The translations under genes and the position numbers were made by a program. DNA of 55,396 nucleotides, the filler included, from Sphacelaria rigidula (Eukaryota), in NCBI GenBank assembly GCA_964200075.2. It is 6 parts of 6 records of this genome, joined end to end, with 100 filler letters (N's around TTAATTAATTAA, not from the genome) between each part and the next. Parts side by side here need not be neighbours in the genome. Positions count along the whole stretch, not along the records: positions 1 to 9,150 come from CAXNAA020009173.1; positions 9,251 to 18,400 come from CAXNAA020009174.1; positions 18,501 to 27,649 come from CAXNAA020009175.1; 3 more parts are not named here. One strand, written 5' to 3'. The notes beneath the pieces were generated by a model. It saw only the letters and a list, made by a program, of their open reading frames with translations, was not told the origin of the DNA and searched no databases. This document shows, piece after piece, positions 1-18,572 of this stretch; the first letter of the stretch is position 1; every line of letters starts with the position of its first letter.

Positions 1-391
1 AGTTAACAATAATACAACAACGGCCACTTTGGGTAAGCTGGGTAGATTAGCCCCCCCCCCCCCACACACACACACATCATGAATGTAATTCTGCTGAAAA
101 TCTGCTTCACGTCGCTGGGCGTGTGAAGGCGCAAGTAGCAAATATATTCGATGACGGTCGACAAACTGCGGGAATGGTTACTACTGCCCGATGGTCAATT
201 GGCAGGCAGGTATCGGGGGAGAGATGGGTTAATCCATTGAGGATGAAGAGTAGGCCTGGGGAGACGGTGTAGGGAACGGGAGGTAGGTCATGAGTGGAGA
301 AAGCAACTAGAGTGCTACCGTACTGTAGTACTGCTATTTTCCAAGAGAAGAATACTGAGCCGCACATCCTCACCGGGGTGGTTGTGCGTGA

Positions 392-6537
<6,146 letters not shown>

Positions 6538-7599
6538 CCTCAACAAATGAGTTGATGTCTACCTCTAAAGCTTTGGTATCTTGGCAATGCTTCGTATTAT
6601 GGAGGTGGATATTTTGAGATTTGATGGTAAAGAAACAAGCCAACGAGAGCATTTTGGCTCAGGGAGGGGGTCTGTTACTACCTACCGTCCAAGTGTAGCT
6701 TTTCCTTAGTAGATTCATTTTCAGGTCAGGTTTTCGTATGCGTCTGAGCTCATCTTTTTCAGCACCACGCACTATTTCTTGGTGTGTTCCCGTGCGTACT
6801 CTGAGGTTGCTAAATAAGTGCGGTTGTGGTGCATGCCACCCCGGATTTCTGCCCTGATATTCCTGTTGTATCGCGGCGTCGTGTTTTGTCAGTACTCTCT
6901 TTATTTGAGGAGCAAGGAATTGCCGGAGCGTACTAGCGCAGAAAGCCCATCTTTGATGGGCAATGAAACAACTTTGGACGTTTCGATTTGGTTCTTGTTG
7001 TTCACTTGTTGCACGTTCCACTTGTGTTTGGCCGCGTCTTGGGAGGTTGGGGGGGGTGACAGCGTAGAGATTGCCGTCGACGGAAGGATAATGTGCAGTG
7101 CTGGAGGGCTTTGGTTGTTCGTCTCGTGACTAACAAAATGTTGAGATAGTCTAGGCTCATTTGGGCCGAACAGGTCAAGAGAGATAAGCAGATCCCAGCG
7201 TTTGGTGGACTGTTTGAGTAGCGTAACCACGGGCATGCCAAGACAAAATCGATGACCCACACTGAGTTTTTCTTCCGACCCGCCGGGGGGGCATACTTTT
7301 CCCTCCAAAATCTAATTCCATACTTATTAACGAGTGTAACAAATATACCGCGCAGATATCGGAACGTTTTTCAATGTGAAGACAGCAACAACAACAATTC
7401 CTACACGAAAACGGGTCACTTGATCTGAGACTAGCTGATGGAAGTTACTTATGGGTATATACGTGAAGCAAGTGCTCCAGTGGTCGACTTGTACAACTGA
7501 TACCAACATTAGGGCGGGGGAAACGCGGTCTCGATTCCTCATAGATGCGTTCAGTTTGGCTCTTGTCAACTATATGATTTACTCATTTTGCGACCGTGA

Positions 7600-7730
7600 G
7601 AGCGTGAGAAGTAAACAACATTCGATGAGAGTCGACGCGGGGCGGGAGTGCTGATCCACTCCGCGATACCAAATTGCAGGGCGTGTACAGGGGGCGAGAT
7701 GGGTCGATCCCTTGAGACTAGTAGAGCAGT
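7600..7730 (-). repeat. Dispersed repeat (probable retroposon 3'-end/SINE-like), copy 1 of 3
   Basis: Core GG(A/G)TCAG(C/A)ACT(C/T)CCGC(A/C)CCGCGTC(A/G)ACTC, preceded by TCTCAAGGGATC(A/G)ACCCAT-like sequence. It recurs at ~9930-10045 (-) and ~21358-21456 (+), on three different contigs. Confidence 0.6.
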
Positions 7731-9150
7731 AGACCACGGACCCTGAGGAAGGGGAGGAGTTGAAAGTGAGAAGGGGACATATAACCTTGATACTAGATTC
7801 GCTGAAGCAAGGTACTTGATCTATGAGTAGGAGGAAAGCTTCTAGAATCATTTGAGTATGGGCGACTCAAGTCACTTGCTTTTACAGGGGGTGACCCAAG
7901 TCGCTGGATCTTCTCAGACTTGATAGCTGAAGCGCGGTTCACGTCAGGTTTGTTCTTACAGTTGGTGCTTGGTCTGGCTTGGTTGGTGATGCCTCAATTA
8001 CTGAGTGAAAGCGTATTGTTACTGATAGAGCTCGAGTTCGATAAATAGCCTGGGCAGCGATTCGCACGTGGTATCCCAGATCCATTTTTCGACCTGTTTT
8101 TTCTCTGCATCATGACACATGAGAGAGAATGACAACACAGCCCATCGCAAGGTGGTCATGGCATCACGATCCAACGACCACAGCACATGGCACCTTATCG
8201 CAATAGACGGCGGTACCAAAGGAAGCTGTCAACTCGTCCGATTCGTCCACCGAAGAGGCAATTTCAACAAAGAAAAGGCGACCTGGAGTTGTTCCCCCAG
8301 CCGGCCGGGGGGGGGGGGGGGGGGGGGGGCCCGGGTTTTTTTCCCTGCCGGTAATTTAACAAAGGTTTAACCCAAAAAAATGGGCGGCGCCCGGGGGGGG
8401 GGGGGGGGNNNNNNNNNNCCCCCCCCCCAATACAAACTAAAACCAACGAAGACGCGGCGGGCGCCCGCCACCCCCGGCGCCGGGGGGGGGGGGGGGGGGG
8501 GGAGTCCAGGATTTTTTCGCATGCCGTAACTTAACCAAGGTTTAACGCCAAAAAATGGTCGTCGACCGCGAGTGGCTGTAGGAGTTGTCTCGTTCACCGT
8601 CGTATAACCCCGCGTCGGCTTGGGGTGCTGGCGTATTTGTATCACACTGTCCTATAACTTCTGAAGCAAAATTGCCGCGCGCGTGGGATGTATGTCGCAG
8701 AGTTTCCGCTAGATAATTGTCTTTGACCCATATTTTATCGTTTTATCGTCTGCTTCTTTCATGCGATAGCCCCAGGCAAGTGACGTGAAAAGAGTCGGCG
8801 CGTGCTGCTAAGACACGAATGATGCCATCGCTACGATGTTGGACGAAAGAGTGGTGGGCGAGGAGTACGTCCAACGGCACCACTTGTTTCGTACAATCGC
8901 CTGCACGCAACAGATCCGCCTGACAGGGTTGCCGGGCCACAATGTGCAAGAGTCAAGAGTCACGTACAGGGCTGGGTACTTGAGGGTATCGACTGCCGGA
9001 AATACTGGGTTTCCCACGCCCTCCAGATGGCGCGGGAACAATTCCCACCAGGAGCGAGCGAACGCCATTATTATTATTATAATTTATTATTTCCGCACAT
9101 TAGTCCGATCTCGCGAACCCGTGGTCACAGACGTAGGCTCGCCGTGCCGA

Positions 9151-9250
9151 NNNNNNNNNNNNNNNNNNNNNNNNNNNNNNNNNNNNNNNNNNNNTTAATT
9201 AATTAANNNNNNNNNNNNNNNNNNNNNNNNNNNNNNNNNNNNNNNNNNNN
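9151..9250. other. Artificial contig linker
   Basis: N-run, TTAATTAATTAA, N-run; 100 nt in total; gives stops in all six frames. Confidence 0.98.
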
Positions 9251-10919
9251 CCATTTATAGTGAGGAAACTTCAGTTGTAAATCCTCAGTTTTCCATCAAC
9301 GGTTCCAAAAGGGTTAACCAGTTAAATGGTGCACAATATTTTGTTCATAGAGCGGCGCAGTCGGGAGCCAAAAAGCCCTCCTCGGCAGAGGGGCCCCCGC
9401 CGCAGGCGCCCCCTTAGGGTTGCGCTGGAGGCACCATGCGGGAGGCACGTTTTTGCGTCATCTGGCTTCACTAGAGCTCATTTTCAAGAGCTGCATGTAA
9501 CATACGCGGCGGGTAACGGCCCATGAAGCCGGTAACGGGAAGTAAATGGTTTGAAACCATTCTTCCAAATTTTCATAAAACCATCACCATTATTACCATC
9601 ATCATGATCATGACAAGTTATAACTGGTACCATTTCCGAGCTCTGCGATTTACAATCGACGTTTTCTTGGGCAATATATGATCATTTTTCTGCAACTGTT
9701 TACGATTCAGCACGCCAAAATCATCACTCTGAGTTTAAGTATACTAACGTGACAGACAGATTCGTTCACCGAGCTCGAAATGACGTTTTCCCAGTGACGA
9801 AAGCGCGCATGTGGGAATTTGTACTGTTTTTCGCGAATTCCAAAAGGGTCAAGGGAGATTGTGGTTCGACTTTTTTTCTTCGGAGTGTCTCATTGCCACC
9901 GTCGATCGTGTGAGTACGTGAGTAAAAAAGGGCTATTCGACTCAGTTCAACGAGAGTTGACGCGGTGCGGGAGTTCTGACCCAACCCGTGGACGAAAATT
10001 CAAGGCGTGTTCTGCGAAGAGATATGGGTTGGTTCTTTGAGACCACGAATAACAATGTTTTCATGAGATTGAGAGTAGAGGATACGAGTGAGGGTGAGAA
10101 GCGGTCAATTTGTGAATGGATCGTTTCAGTTCCGAAATGCTTCTGCACGAGACCCAATATGCTTCCTGTAGTAGCTTGCCACTAAGGCCCTTGATATCCC
10201 TGGGTAGGATATTCACGTGTAGCTGTAAGCACACGCCTGTGATGAAGGCGAAGAAAAGCACGCATGGAATGAAAAACAGACTGAGTTCAAGCGAATATCG
10301 AAGCCACTCTCAGTCAGCGCTCTACCCTCAATGTCACGAAAACGTTTTTGGATGCGCCCTTATGAAGGGGAGGGATCCAAAGTGTGGGAATATAATGATT
10401 ATGTACATAAAATATGTACATCTAGGTCCCGCACGCCAACTGAACAGCTTGCTTACTTCCTTACAAAGCTGCTTGGGCGCACGTGCTAAGCTTGTTAAGA
10501 TCTGCAGTATCTGCTTGCAATCCGCTGACTGATTTGGTGCGCATGATTCGTGTGGATGCGATCTGACGTGGAGTGAGATCGTCAATTTGATCATACATTT
10601 TCGACATCATTCTGTATTGAAAACAATTTACTGACGGCTTGCCATTTCTTCTCTTGGACCCTATGTTGAGTAGTTGGTCTGTGACCACGGAAGGCGTCAA
10701 CATCAGATGCCCAGTACATAGTACATGGTACTGCCCAGATATCGAAACGGTTTTTGATGTGGAGACAGCAGCAGCAGCAACAACAACGATGCCAAGTGAG
10801 CTTTGTCGACGCCTGCCACACCTGACCCCTGTATCGCACAGTCGCGCAGGTGATCTTAGTCGGCCTGGCTGTTCCGGGGGGGTTCACAATAATTATCCTG
10901 AAAGAGGACACGACGCCTA

Positions 10920-11397
10920 CAGTAGTGGGCGCCAGCACTAGGTTTTGTTCAAAAGGGCATTTTCTCGAAAGTGCTAGCGTCGGCTGATTTTGATGAAATG
11001 AACAGGTCGTCTCCCTCTCCCAGTGCCCAAGTGTTGCCTGGTTTTATCGGGTGATACAAGTAGATTCCCCTCCATCAAGAGCGTGTAATTGACCGTGAAA
11101 CACAGCTTTTCGGCCCTGGTGCAATGGGTGGGTGGAATACTTGAAAGAAAAAAAGTGCACATTTCTTCACGAATACGATCGGGACAGGCCTGGCCGACCG
11201 AAATACCGAAGAGTCAAAATTTGGGCTGAAACTTACGAGGACCCCCGACGACCCACCAGCTCGTAAGTCACTCTATATTGAGAACAGAGATTTTTTCTTG
11301 GAATGTTGAGCGAATTCAAGTATCTCCAGATCCCTAATGTGATGAGCGGTTGCAAGCGAAAGAGCCTATGAAAATCGCCAGTTCAGGCGCCCACTAC
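10920..11397. mobile_element. Tc1/mariner-like MITE, copy A
   Basis: Follows a TA (10918-10919). TIRs CAGTAGTGGGCGCC...GGCGCCCACTAC. The body aligns with the adjacent copy B (e.g. GCTAGCGTCGG, CAGTGCCCAAG, TTTTCGGCCCT, CGTAAGTCACTC, AATGTGATGAGCGGT). Confidence 0.7.
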
Positions 11398-11399
11398 TA

Positions 11400-11926
11400 C
11401 AGCAGTGGGCGGTATAACTATTTAGGGTTGTTTTGGGCTTTTCGTCGCGTACTACTCTTCGATAGGAGTCGAAATTGCTAGCGTCGGTGGATTTTGGTAC
11501 AACAAGAGAAATCGTCCTTGAAACGCAGTGCCCAAGACAGGGTTAGTCGGTGTTATCGGGCGAAACGAGGAAATCTCCCGTTCATCAGGAGGGTGTTATT
11601 GACTGTAAACACAGTTTTTCGGCCCTAGTGCAATGAGTAGGCAAAATTCAAAAAAATGAAACTGTACATTTCTCGATCGGCCGAAAATACAGAAGAGGGA
11701 GAATCTGGGCCGAAACGTGGCAGGACCCTCAATGACCGGTCAGCCCGTAAGTCACTCAATATTGAGAACTATTGAATTTTTCTTCTTGGAATGTGAAGCG
11801 GATACAAAATACCTCCAGATTCCCAATGTGATGAGCGGTGGCGAGCGAAAAGATCCCAAGGAAATCGGCCAATCACGAAAAAATCACAAAATGCCACAAA
11901 ATAAATAGTCAGATCGCTCACTACTG
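11400..11926. mobile_element. Tc1/mariner-like MITE, copy B
   Basis: TA|CAGCAGTGGGCG...CGCTCACTACTG|TA. It is a diverged paralogue of copy A, directly adjacent and in the same orientation. Confidence 0.7.
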
Positions 11927-12650
11927 TACACAGAAAAACGGGGGGGTCTGGTCCCGCCGGGCCGTTGGCACGCACATGTGCAGTTGTATAGAACGGCCGG
12001 AAACCATGAGCAGTCGCATAGAACCGGTGGCAACCATGAGCACTTATATAAGAGGGGTGGAAACCATGAGCACCTACAGCACAAAATATTACCGCTCATT
12101 TGTGTTGTTGGGTGGAAACTACCATGAAGGTGTCCGTGCCACCAACGCATGTGGTATGACACGTGTCTAGGTTTTACAAGTCGTAGCCTACGAACCGTGC
12201 GTCAGACAACAACCGATGTGAGATCGCAGGGTTCTTACGTTGTTGCGTCTGATGAGAGCATCTTCACCCTACACGAAGGTGGGCGGATGCGGCTGTTGTG
12301 GTGTCGGAGCCTTGGGCAGATACAGCTCCGATAGCCTAGAATGGACGCCCCAGAAACTCCGATCCGCCCGCTAAACCATGAAGATCGGCCTGTACACTTA
12401 CCATACTCCATTAAGAACTTTTGTAATCCTGTCTGAGCACCCAGGGGCCATCAAAGGGCTATCTGCCCAATACTTGGCGTACTTCAAATGTCCGCGGGAC
12501 TGTCAAGTCAGGCTCTCGGAACTCAAAGCGTTGAGTGCTCGAGGAGTTGAATCTACCCACATCCCTTGATTGTCATGAATATGTCGCCCATCACCCGGAG
12601 TTTTGAAATCGTATTATTTTCGTGGTTATTTTCGACGTTGTCTGCAACAG

Positions 12651-14574
12651 AGACGTGTTACCGCCAAGCCCTGAGCGAGCAATGGACATGGGTTCAGTGG
12701 AAACATGGGCGCTGATCGAGGAGATTGTGAAGACCCTGGTGGGAGAGATGAAATCCCATCGAACCGAAGAGGTGGACGCCGGGTTGCGAGATATTGCGTC
12801 ACGGGTTACGAGTACTACCGAGTTAATGATGGTGATGCCTGAATTGATGCTGCTGCTAGGAGAGAACAGCAAAACACTTCAAGCCCTCAAGATGGTGAGG
12901 ATGCTGTGGGTATCGAGTCTAAAAACGTTTGGAAATGTTGTCGGTTTCTTCGTCGAGCTGATTATAGGTGATATGGTTTGCTCTGTACCACGGATCACTT
13001 CTTTGTTTGCACAAAAATCTTTCGATCTTACAGTAGTTGTTGCCCACCGTGATCGCTGCAATATTCTTTGAATATCAATATTCTTGCTTCCACGTCGGAC
13101 TTTCGTCAACCTTCGACCACGGCAGTCTGTGTGCCATCCGATACCTTTACAGGTTTACATGCATCATGCTGCCGCACATACCCGCGATTGCTTCGCATTC
13201 GAAAGGGCAGCTCGAGGCGGTGCTAGGCTGTGATTTTTCCACCATGTTTTGTCTTGTGATCGCTGTGTTCATTTTCCAAAAACAGGTGGATCAGGGCATG
13301 GTATTGCTGGGGGTCCACCACATGAAACGAGAGTGCACCAAAGGTCTGCTGACGAAAGACGTGCGATCAGCGGAGGGGTGGCAAGTCGGAGTGGACGTGT
13401 TCGAGCACGTGCAGGTATAAAACTTGTTTCACGGTGTGGTCAACGTTTTGTACTGGGAACAAGGTTGGAACAAACGAGGACCGTGCTTGCTGTTGGATGC
13501 GAGATCGATGTTTCGGGCTCATGATGTCGACAGCATTGCGTTGGATCAAATCCCGCTCCCAATGTCCCTGTGGTTGAGACATTTCAGTAGAACGTTTTCC
13601 GGAGCACTTCCTGTTTGCTCGATTTCTTCTCCTGGCTAGTGGCGTGGTTGAGAAGAAAACGCTCTGACTGCAGTGCAGTACCCTCAATTGGAAGAGATGA
13701 TGCTGATGCTGTCGTCTGTTCATGTGGCTCCGGAAAGTCTTGCCATCGCGTTGACGCACCTGGGGGCCTGATATCTCAGGCGTGGTGACGCTACTATGCC
13801 TTGTCCTTTGTCATGAGCTGCACTAGCCACGACTCTCAACAACGCTCTTGATTTGCTCAATGGTATTTTGGACGATCTCCACATTTCCCAGACTTGAGAA
13901 ATACCCTTGGCCGCCAAGCATTTGCGGTAAGCTATACCGCAAAAAACAAGGACACCGTGAAGTGGTGATTTGAACAGGGCTTGGTATCAAATGTCGGGAG
14001 ATCAGCGTCGGATCTCTTGGAAAGTTGTTGTTTAATATCCAGCATTCCCGGTGTCATTTACAGGACATGCGCTTGGCTACTCGACTCGATCCCCGTCTTC
14101 ACCTAATCGCTTTCTTTTTCTGCTGATTGTTTCCTATTCCCGTCCCCGCGGGTGCTCGGCGAAGGTGTACCACAAGCGACGAGAACAGTCGGTAGATGTG
14201 TTGAGCGGGGCCAACAATCACTTCGAGCTAGATTTTGAAGTTCGAGCAACTTTTGATCGGGATATGGAAGACCTGACCGCGGCAGGGCTGCGTGTTCAAC
14301 GACTGGTTTGTGCGCCAACCATGCAGTTGGAAATGAGGATACAGCTTGAGTCTCGAATACTGGGCGACTTGATCATCCTTTGATGCTCTCGCGCTGCGCA
14401 TGCATCATGGATCATGGATCACTTGAAATTGGTCACGCAGTTGACATGGCGTGGGATAAGTTCAAGATGCTCTTGACGGTGACGGCGGCGACTGTGGAAA
14501 TGGTTGAGACCGGGAACGTTTTGCGTGCCATCTTGTCCGTGATGGGGACGTCTCGCGTGCCATTTTGCATGTGA
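12651..14574 (+). pseudogene. Spliced coding remnant of unknown function (probable pseudogene)
   Basis: Putative exons 12651-12894 (cag|...ATG|gtgagg), 13286-13414 (cag|GTG...CAG|gtataa) and 14165 onward (aag|GTG) join in phase 0. They give a helical-looking peptide (ETWALIEEIVKTLVGEM...VDQGMVLLGVHHMKRE...VYHKRREQSVDVL). A stop at 14383 and frameshifts follow (ATCATGG duplicated near 14404-14417), with protein-like sequence continuing to 14574. No family recognised. Confidence 0.4.
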
Positions 14575-15994
14575 TTTTGCAGCTCGCCCTGTCCAGCCCC
14601 ACTGGCCTGGGCGCCATCTGCACGCTGTACGTGGATGAGCAAGAAATGCACTCGGCAGTTACGGCAAGAGCCTAGCTTTCGCTTTTTTTCGAAATGTAGT
14701 TGTACACATAACCAATATAAAAGTGTTCCTCTTGCGATTTCAACTGTTGAATATATTTTGTAATTGTCATCTCTAGTTTGCGCGCAAGGGGTGGGCGGTA
14801 ATGTCGAGGGGCATCGTGGTAGAGTCACACGGAAGTCGTCTCTCGTCTGTAGGGGCAAGGGCAGGCATGTATGCGTTTAGACCCGCCCCTCCGTCCCTCA
14901 GAACATCCTTGATTAAAAATGCCCCATGGGTGTGGGTGAGCATTGGGACAACGCAGGGGGCACTGGTACAGTAGGCTGTTACAGTGCTCATCGTTATGGC
15001 GTGAGCTCTTTTTCCATGGATGATGTTTGTTGTGGAACTGCTCAAAGGTCGGAGTTCCAGTACGTTGAGTTGGCGCTGCAATGTACGCCAGACCGCGGAC
15101 CTCGACCCTGAGCAGTGGACATTGTTCCTGTGTTTTTTTCTTTTCATCATCGTGGTGAGGGGAACCCAGTAGTTCCAGATCCTGAAGCGATATGCGTTGC
15201 GAAATAACAGTGGTAAAGGGTTGTACCCGTGTAGCGTGTAAAGATGTGAATTGCCTGGGCGCAGAACTTCTGCCGATATTATCACATCAAGTGTCCGTGT
15301 CGTTCGTTTTGCGATCCAGGATTCCCATAAATGGAGCACTTATGGAGGTGCTGTATTGTGTCAAATAGATTAAAGGCATAGATGTGCATAGTTTTGCATC
15401 CTCTTCTGTGGCTTATATTCCCTTTCTTCACGTGTAATTGGGGGATGGTTAATGCCGTATATGGTGGTGAGATGGACGGGACTAGGTGCTATATATATTT
15501 GAGATAATGAAGAAGTTTGAATGAAAAGTTGCTCTTTAAATGTGCAAACGAATGCTAGGAGGCAGGAGTCGTTGCGATGGAAGGCTACAATTAATCTCTT
15601 TTCGGGGTATGAGACAATCGTCCGTTTGCGCTAAATTATGCCATAATATATGGTTGAAGAGAACCTCCATGCACTCTTGTAAACCTGCGCCTCACTGAAG
15701 CCAATCTCAGTTTGATCTTTATCGGTACAGCCTACTCACACCTTGGACGTGCCGATGAATTATTCCGTCATACGGTCTGTCCGATTCCCCTTCGTACCAT
15801 GAGCAACCGTGCTCTCGAGAAGCTCGAGTATGAGTATTGTGCTGAGCTTCGAGGCTTCTCCCGTTTTGGGGGTACGTAACACCGCGGGAAGAGTCGACAG
15901 CCATGCTGCTGCACCGACGTGACCAGCCTGACGGTGGATCTGATGGCGAGCTTTGGATGGGCTTTGGATGACTAGGGGCGAGACACACCAAAAA

Positions 15995-17792
15995 CTACAG
16001 CCAACTGGACGGACAGTTCGGCTCGAAGTAATACAAATTAGCCAGAAGCATCAAATGGTCAGACGGAAACACGTCGTTGGGAATTCGGTGCTTCGCTCGC
16101 TTCGGATTTCCCCCCAAATACGGTGACCATGTTCCCTCGAAGCCTTCCTCCTCAGGCTCCCCTTTCCACCCGCTAGGCTTCCACGATCCGGGATTCGGCA
16201 CCAGATCCGTCTGGCGGACATCTCTACTCACCAAGTCTCCCATTTCGGGCATCGACAGCACCTCTCCGGGCAGCAAGCTTTGCTCGCTGAAGAAAATGTA
16301 GTCGACTGTGGCCGACCTCCTGTCGGAGAGCGTTGTGAATGCCGGCTCACCCCCGGACCAGTACGTCATGTATGCACTGCGTAACCCAAGCGCGTGTTTT
16401 TGGCGAGTGCTTCTGGCACCGGTTACTTTCAAGTACGCCAAACGCGAACAAACGTCTTCGCAAGATACCTGTCGGTACATCTGGGGCGGTGATTCACCAC
16501 TGTGTTTGCTTTTGCTGACAGTAATCAAGTCTTGTTCGCTTCGCCTCATGTCTTTGGCCCAATTCTCTGTGGAATTACCCTCGTCCGTCGTGGTCGCGGT
16601 ACTTCTCAGGAGAGAATATTCCGCCGTTCGACTTTCGCTCGTAGTCACACGAGACTGAGAGCCGTTGGTGCCGTAGCTTCCTTCAAAGCTTCGCTCACCG
16701 CCTGCATATTCCAATGAGGAGGTATCGTGGTCCTGACCCATGTGTCGCCTTCGTCCCGCACGCCTCCGTCTTCTGGGGGTTACATTGGCTGTTTTGTTTG
16801 TCTTCACAATCAGCTGGATTATGGGAAACCCAGCATCGGTTCTAGCATTGGCTAGGTCGGGATGCAGAAGAGCATCGGAGTAGCGCGGGGTTAGTCCGGA
16901 TACAGAGTCGAAGGGATGAAGCTTTTCGCTATCCAGGTCAACGAGACCGTGTATCTTGACCAACTTGCGCAACGCATAGGTGCGAGGGTCTGCAAGCCTA
17001 TCTTTCTCTCGATGTCGTGTCTCTGCGAGCTGCCGTCTTCGCAAGACACTAATGGAGGCGGCGCCTAGCAGTACCTTATCTTCTGGGTCGTTACCCGCTA
17101 GTTTCGGCATCCGAATCGGCTCCGATCTTTCCCCCAACGGTCCTTGACCAAGAGAGTTTACCGCGGACACTCTGAATTCATAAGCTACGCCCGAGCTGAG
17201 CCCCGTGACCACAGCCGACCTTGAGGGGTTCTGCACCGTCCGCGCGTTTCCACTTTCCGTCTCCACCGTATCATACATTAAACAATTGGATTCGAGGACG
17301 TCAATGCTTTCTCCAGAGAGAAATCTACTGCCACCAGGAACCCAAACTATCTTGTATTTATCCACCAGGGGGGACAGGGACTCGCTGTCTATTGGTGGTG
17401 GCGCCCAACGTAGTCGGACGCTGCTTGTCGATAGGGGTTCAACTGAAGGCTTGCCGGCCGGTCTTGGTTTGGCCGGATCTTGGGCTTCCACACCTCGACA
17501 AAGGATTTCATACGTGCCGCTGCTAGGCAAACAGTTCATGGTGCCGCACATGACTACCGGCAAATGAAAATCGGCGTTAAATGCCTCAATCATTCGAGTC
17601 AAACCACGAGCTTGGAGAGAGCGTACTTCTTCGGCTAGGGGTGTGTGTCCGTCATGTAGTTGTGTGCATACGACGCATGCCCCCGAGGGGTGTTGAGAAT
17701 CTTGCCATGGTCGGAGTAGCACCATGAGAGCCACGTCGTCGCTTGCGGCTGCCTCGCTTGCCAATTGTCTTTCTTCTTTGTCCTCTCCTAGT
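15995..17792 (-). CDS. CCR4/nocturnin/Angel-like EEP (endonuclease/exonuclease/phosphatase) protein with inserted fibronectin type III domain; last exon only
   Basis: Acceptor tttgtttcag| at 17793, then an open frame to TAG at 15995. EEP motifs: DDVALMVLL, VVCTQL, PVVMCGTMNCLPSSGTYEIL, HALGLRSAY, EPAFT, TVDYIFFS, IPNDVFPSDHLMLLA. FN3 at ~17105-17476 (SSVRLRWAPP, YKIVW, VTGLSSGVAYEFRVSAVNSLGQGP). Upstream exons were not found on this contig. Confidence 0.88.
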
Positions 17793-18400
17793 CTGAAACA
17801 AACGTTTCACGAATTCGGCATTAACCTTCATGTTTGAAACGAAGATAGTCGCGGCCGTTGACTGACCGCGCCCCAAGAGCTCAACGGGGGTAGATGGCGA
17901 CACAGTCGATCTCGCGAAAGAACGAGAAGACGTGCGGTAAGTTCGTGGAATTATTACTTCTGCAGCTTCCTCGAAATAGTTATACCTTGCCAAATTACTC
18001 TGATACCACGTAGACTCAAAGATCGACAGATGAACCCTTCAAATGCGAAACACGGATGGGTACTCGACCACAACAACAAGTTCATCGAAGTATTTCACAA
18101 ATCTAGTTTAAAAACGCAACTTTTAACGGCGGTACCACCATATTTACGAGCTCCTTTTGCAGAGCAGCCAGCTCGGTTCTACGAAGCCATGAATATACTG
18201 TACACAGTTTTTTTCGCCATGCTTTTAACCCCCCTTGCAAGATACGGTTTAAGGACAAGCGTGGCGCAACGAAGCACGGTTCAAATCACAGTCTCGTGGG
18301 GGAGGGTTTCGTGAGTTCACAGTGTCCGTGCAGAAAATAATGTTGTTGTTGTTGTTGTTGTTGTTGTTGTCTTCACATTGAAAACCGTTCCGATATCTGC

Positions 18401-18500
18401 NNNNNNNNNNNNNNNNNNNNNNNNNNNNNNNNNNNNNNNNNNNNTTAATTAATTAANNNNNNNNNNNNNNNNNNNNNNNNNNNNNNNNNNNNNNNNNNNN
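18401..18500. other. Artificial contig linker
   Basis: N-TTAATTAATTAA-N, 100 nt. Confidence 0.98.
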
Positions 18501-18572
18501 GAGGCGCTGTATGACCATTGTTTTCGTGACACTCTTAGCTGGTTTTGGGGGGTGGCTATCGTAGAAAGTGTC

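Noticed and set aside
8290-8580. Poly-G/poly-C tracts with an apparent duplication and Pro/Gly-rich ORFs
   Set aside because: The first copy looks like a homopolymer-smeared version of the second, next to an N gap. This is a sequencing or assembly artefact, not a G-quadruplex array or gene.
8743-8949. Minus-strand ORF (ADLLRAGDCTKQVVPLDVLLAHHSF...) as a possible exon
   Set aside because: No recognisable motif and no partner exons could be established.
9195-9206. Recurrent TTAATTAATTAA at regular ~9.25-kb spacing
   Set aside because: Always embedded in N runs; it is an artificial six-frame-stop linker.
14773-15339. 188-aa minus-strand ORF
   Set aside because: No motif, composition typical of chance ORFs, and no convincing splice context.
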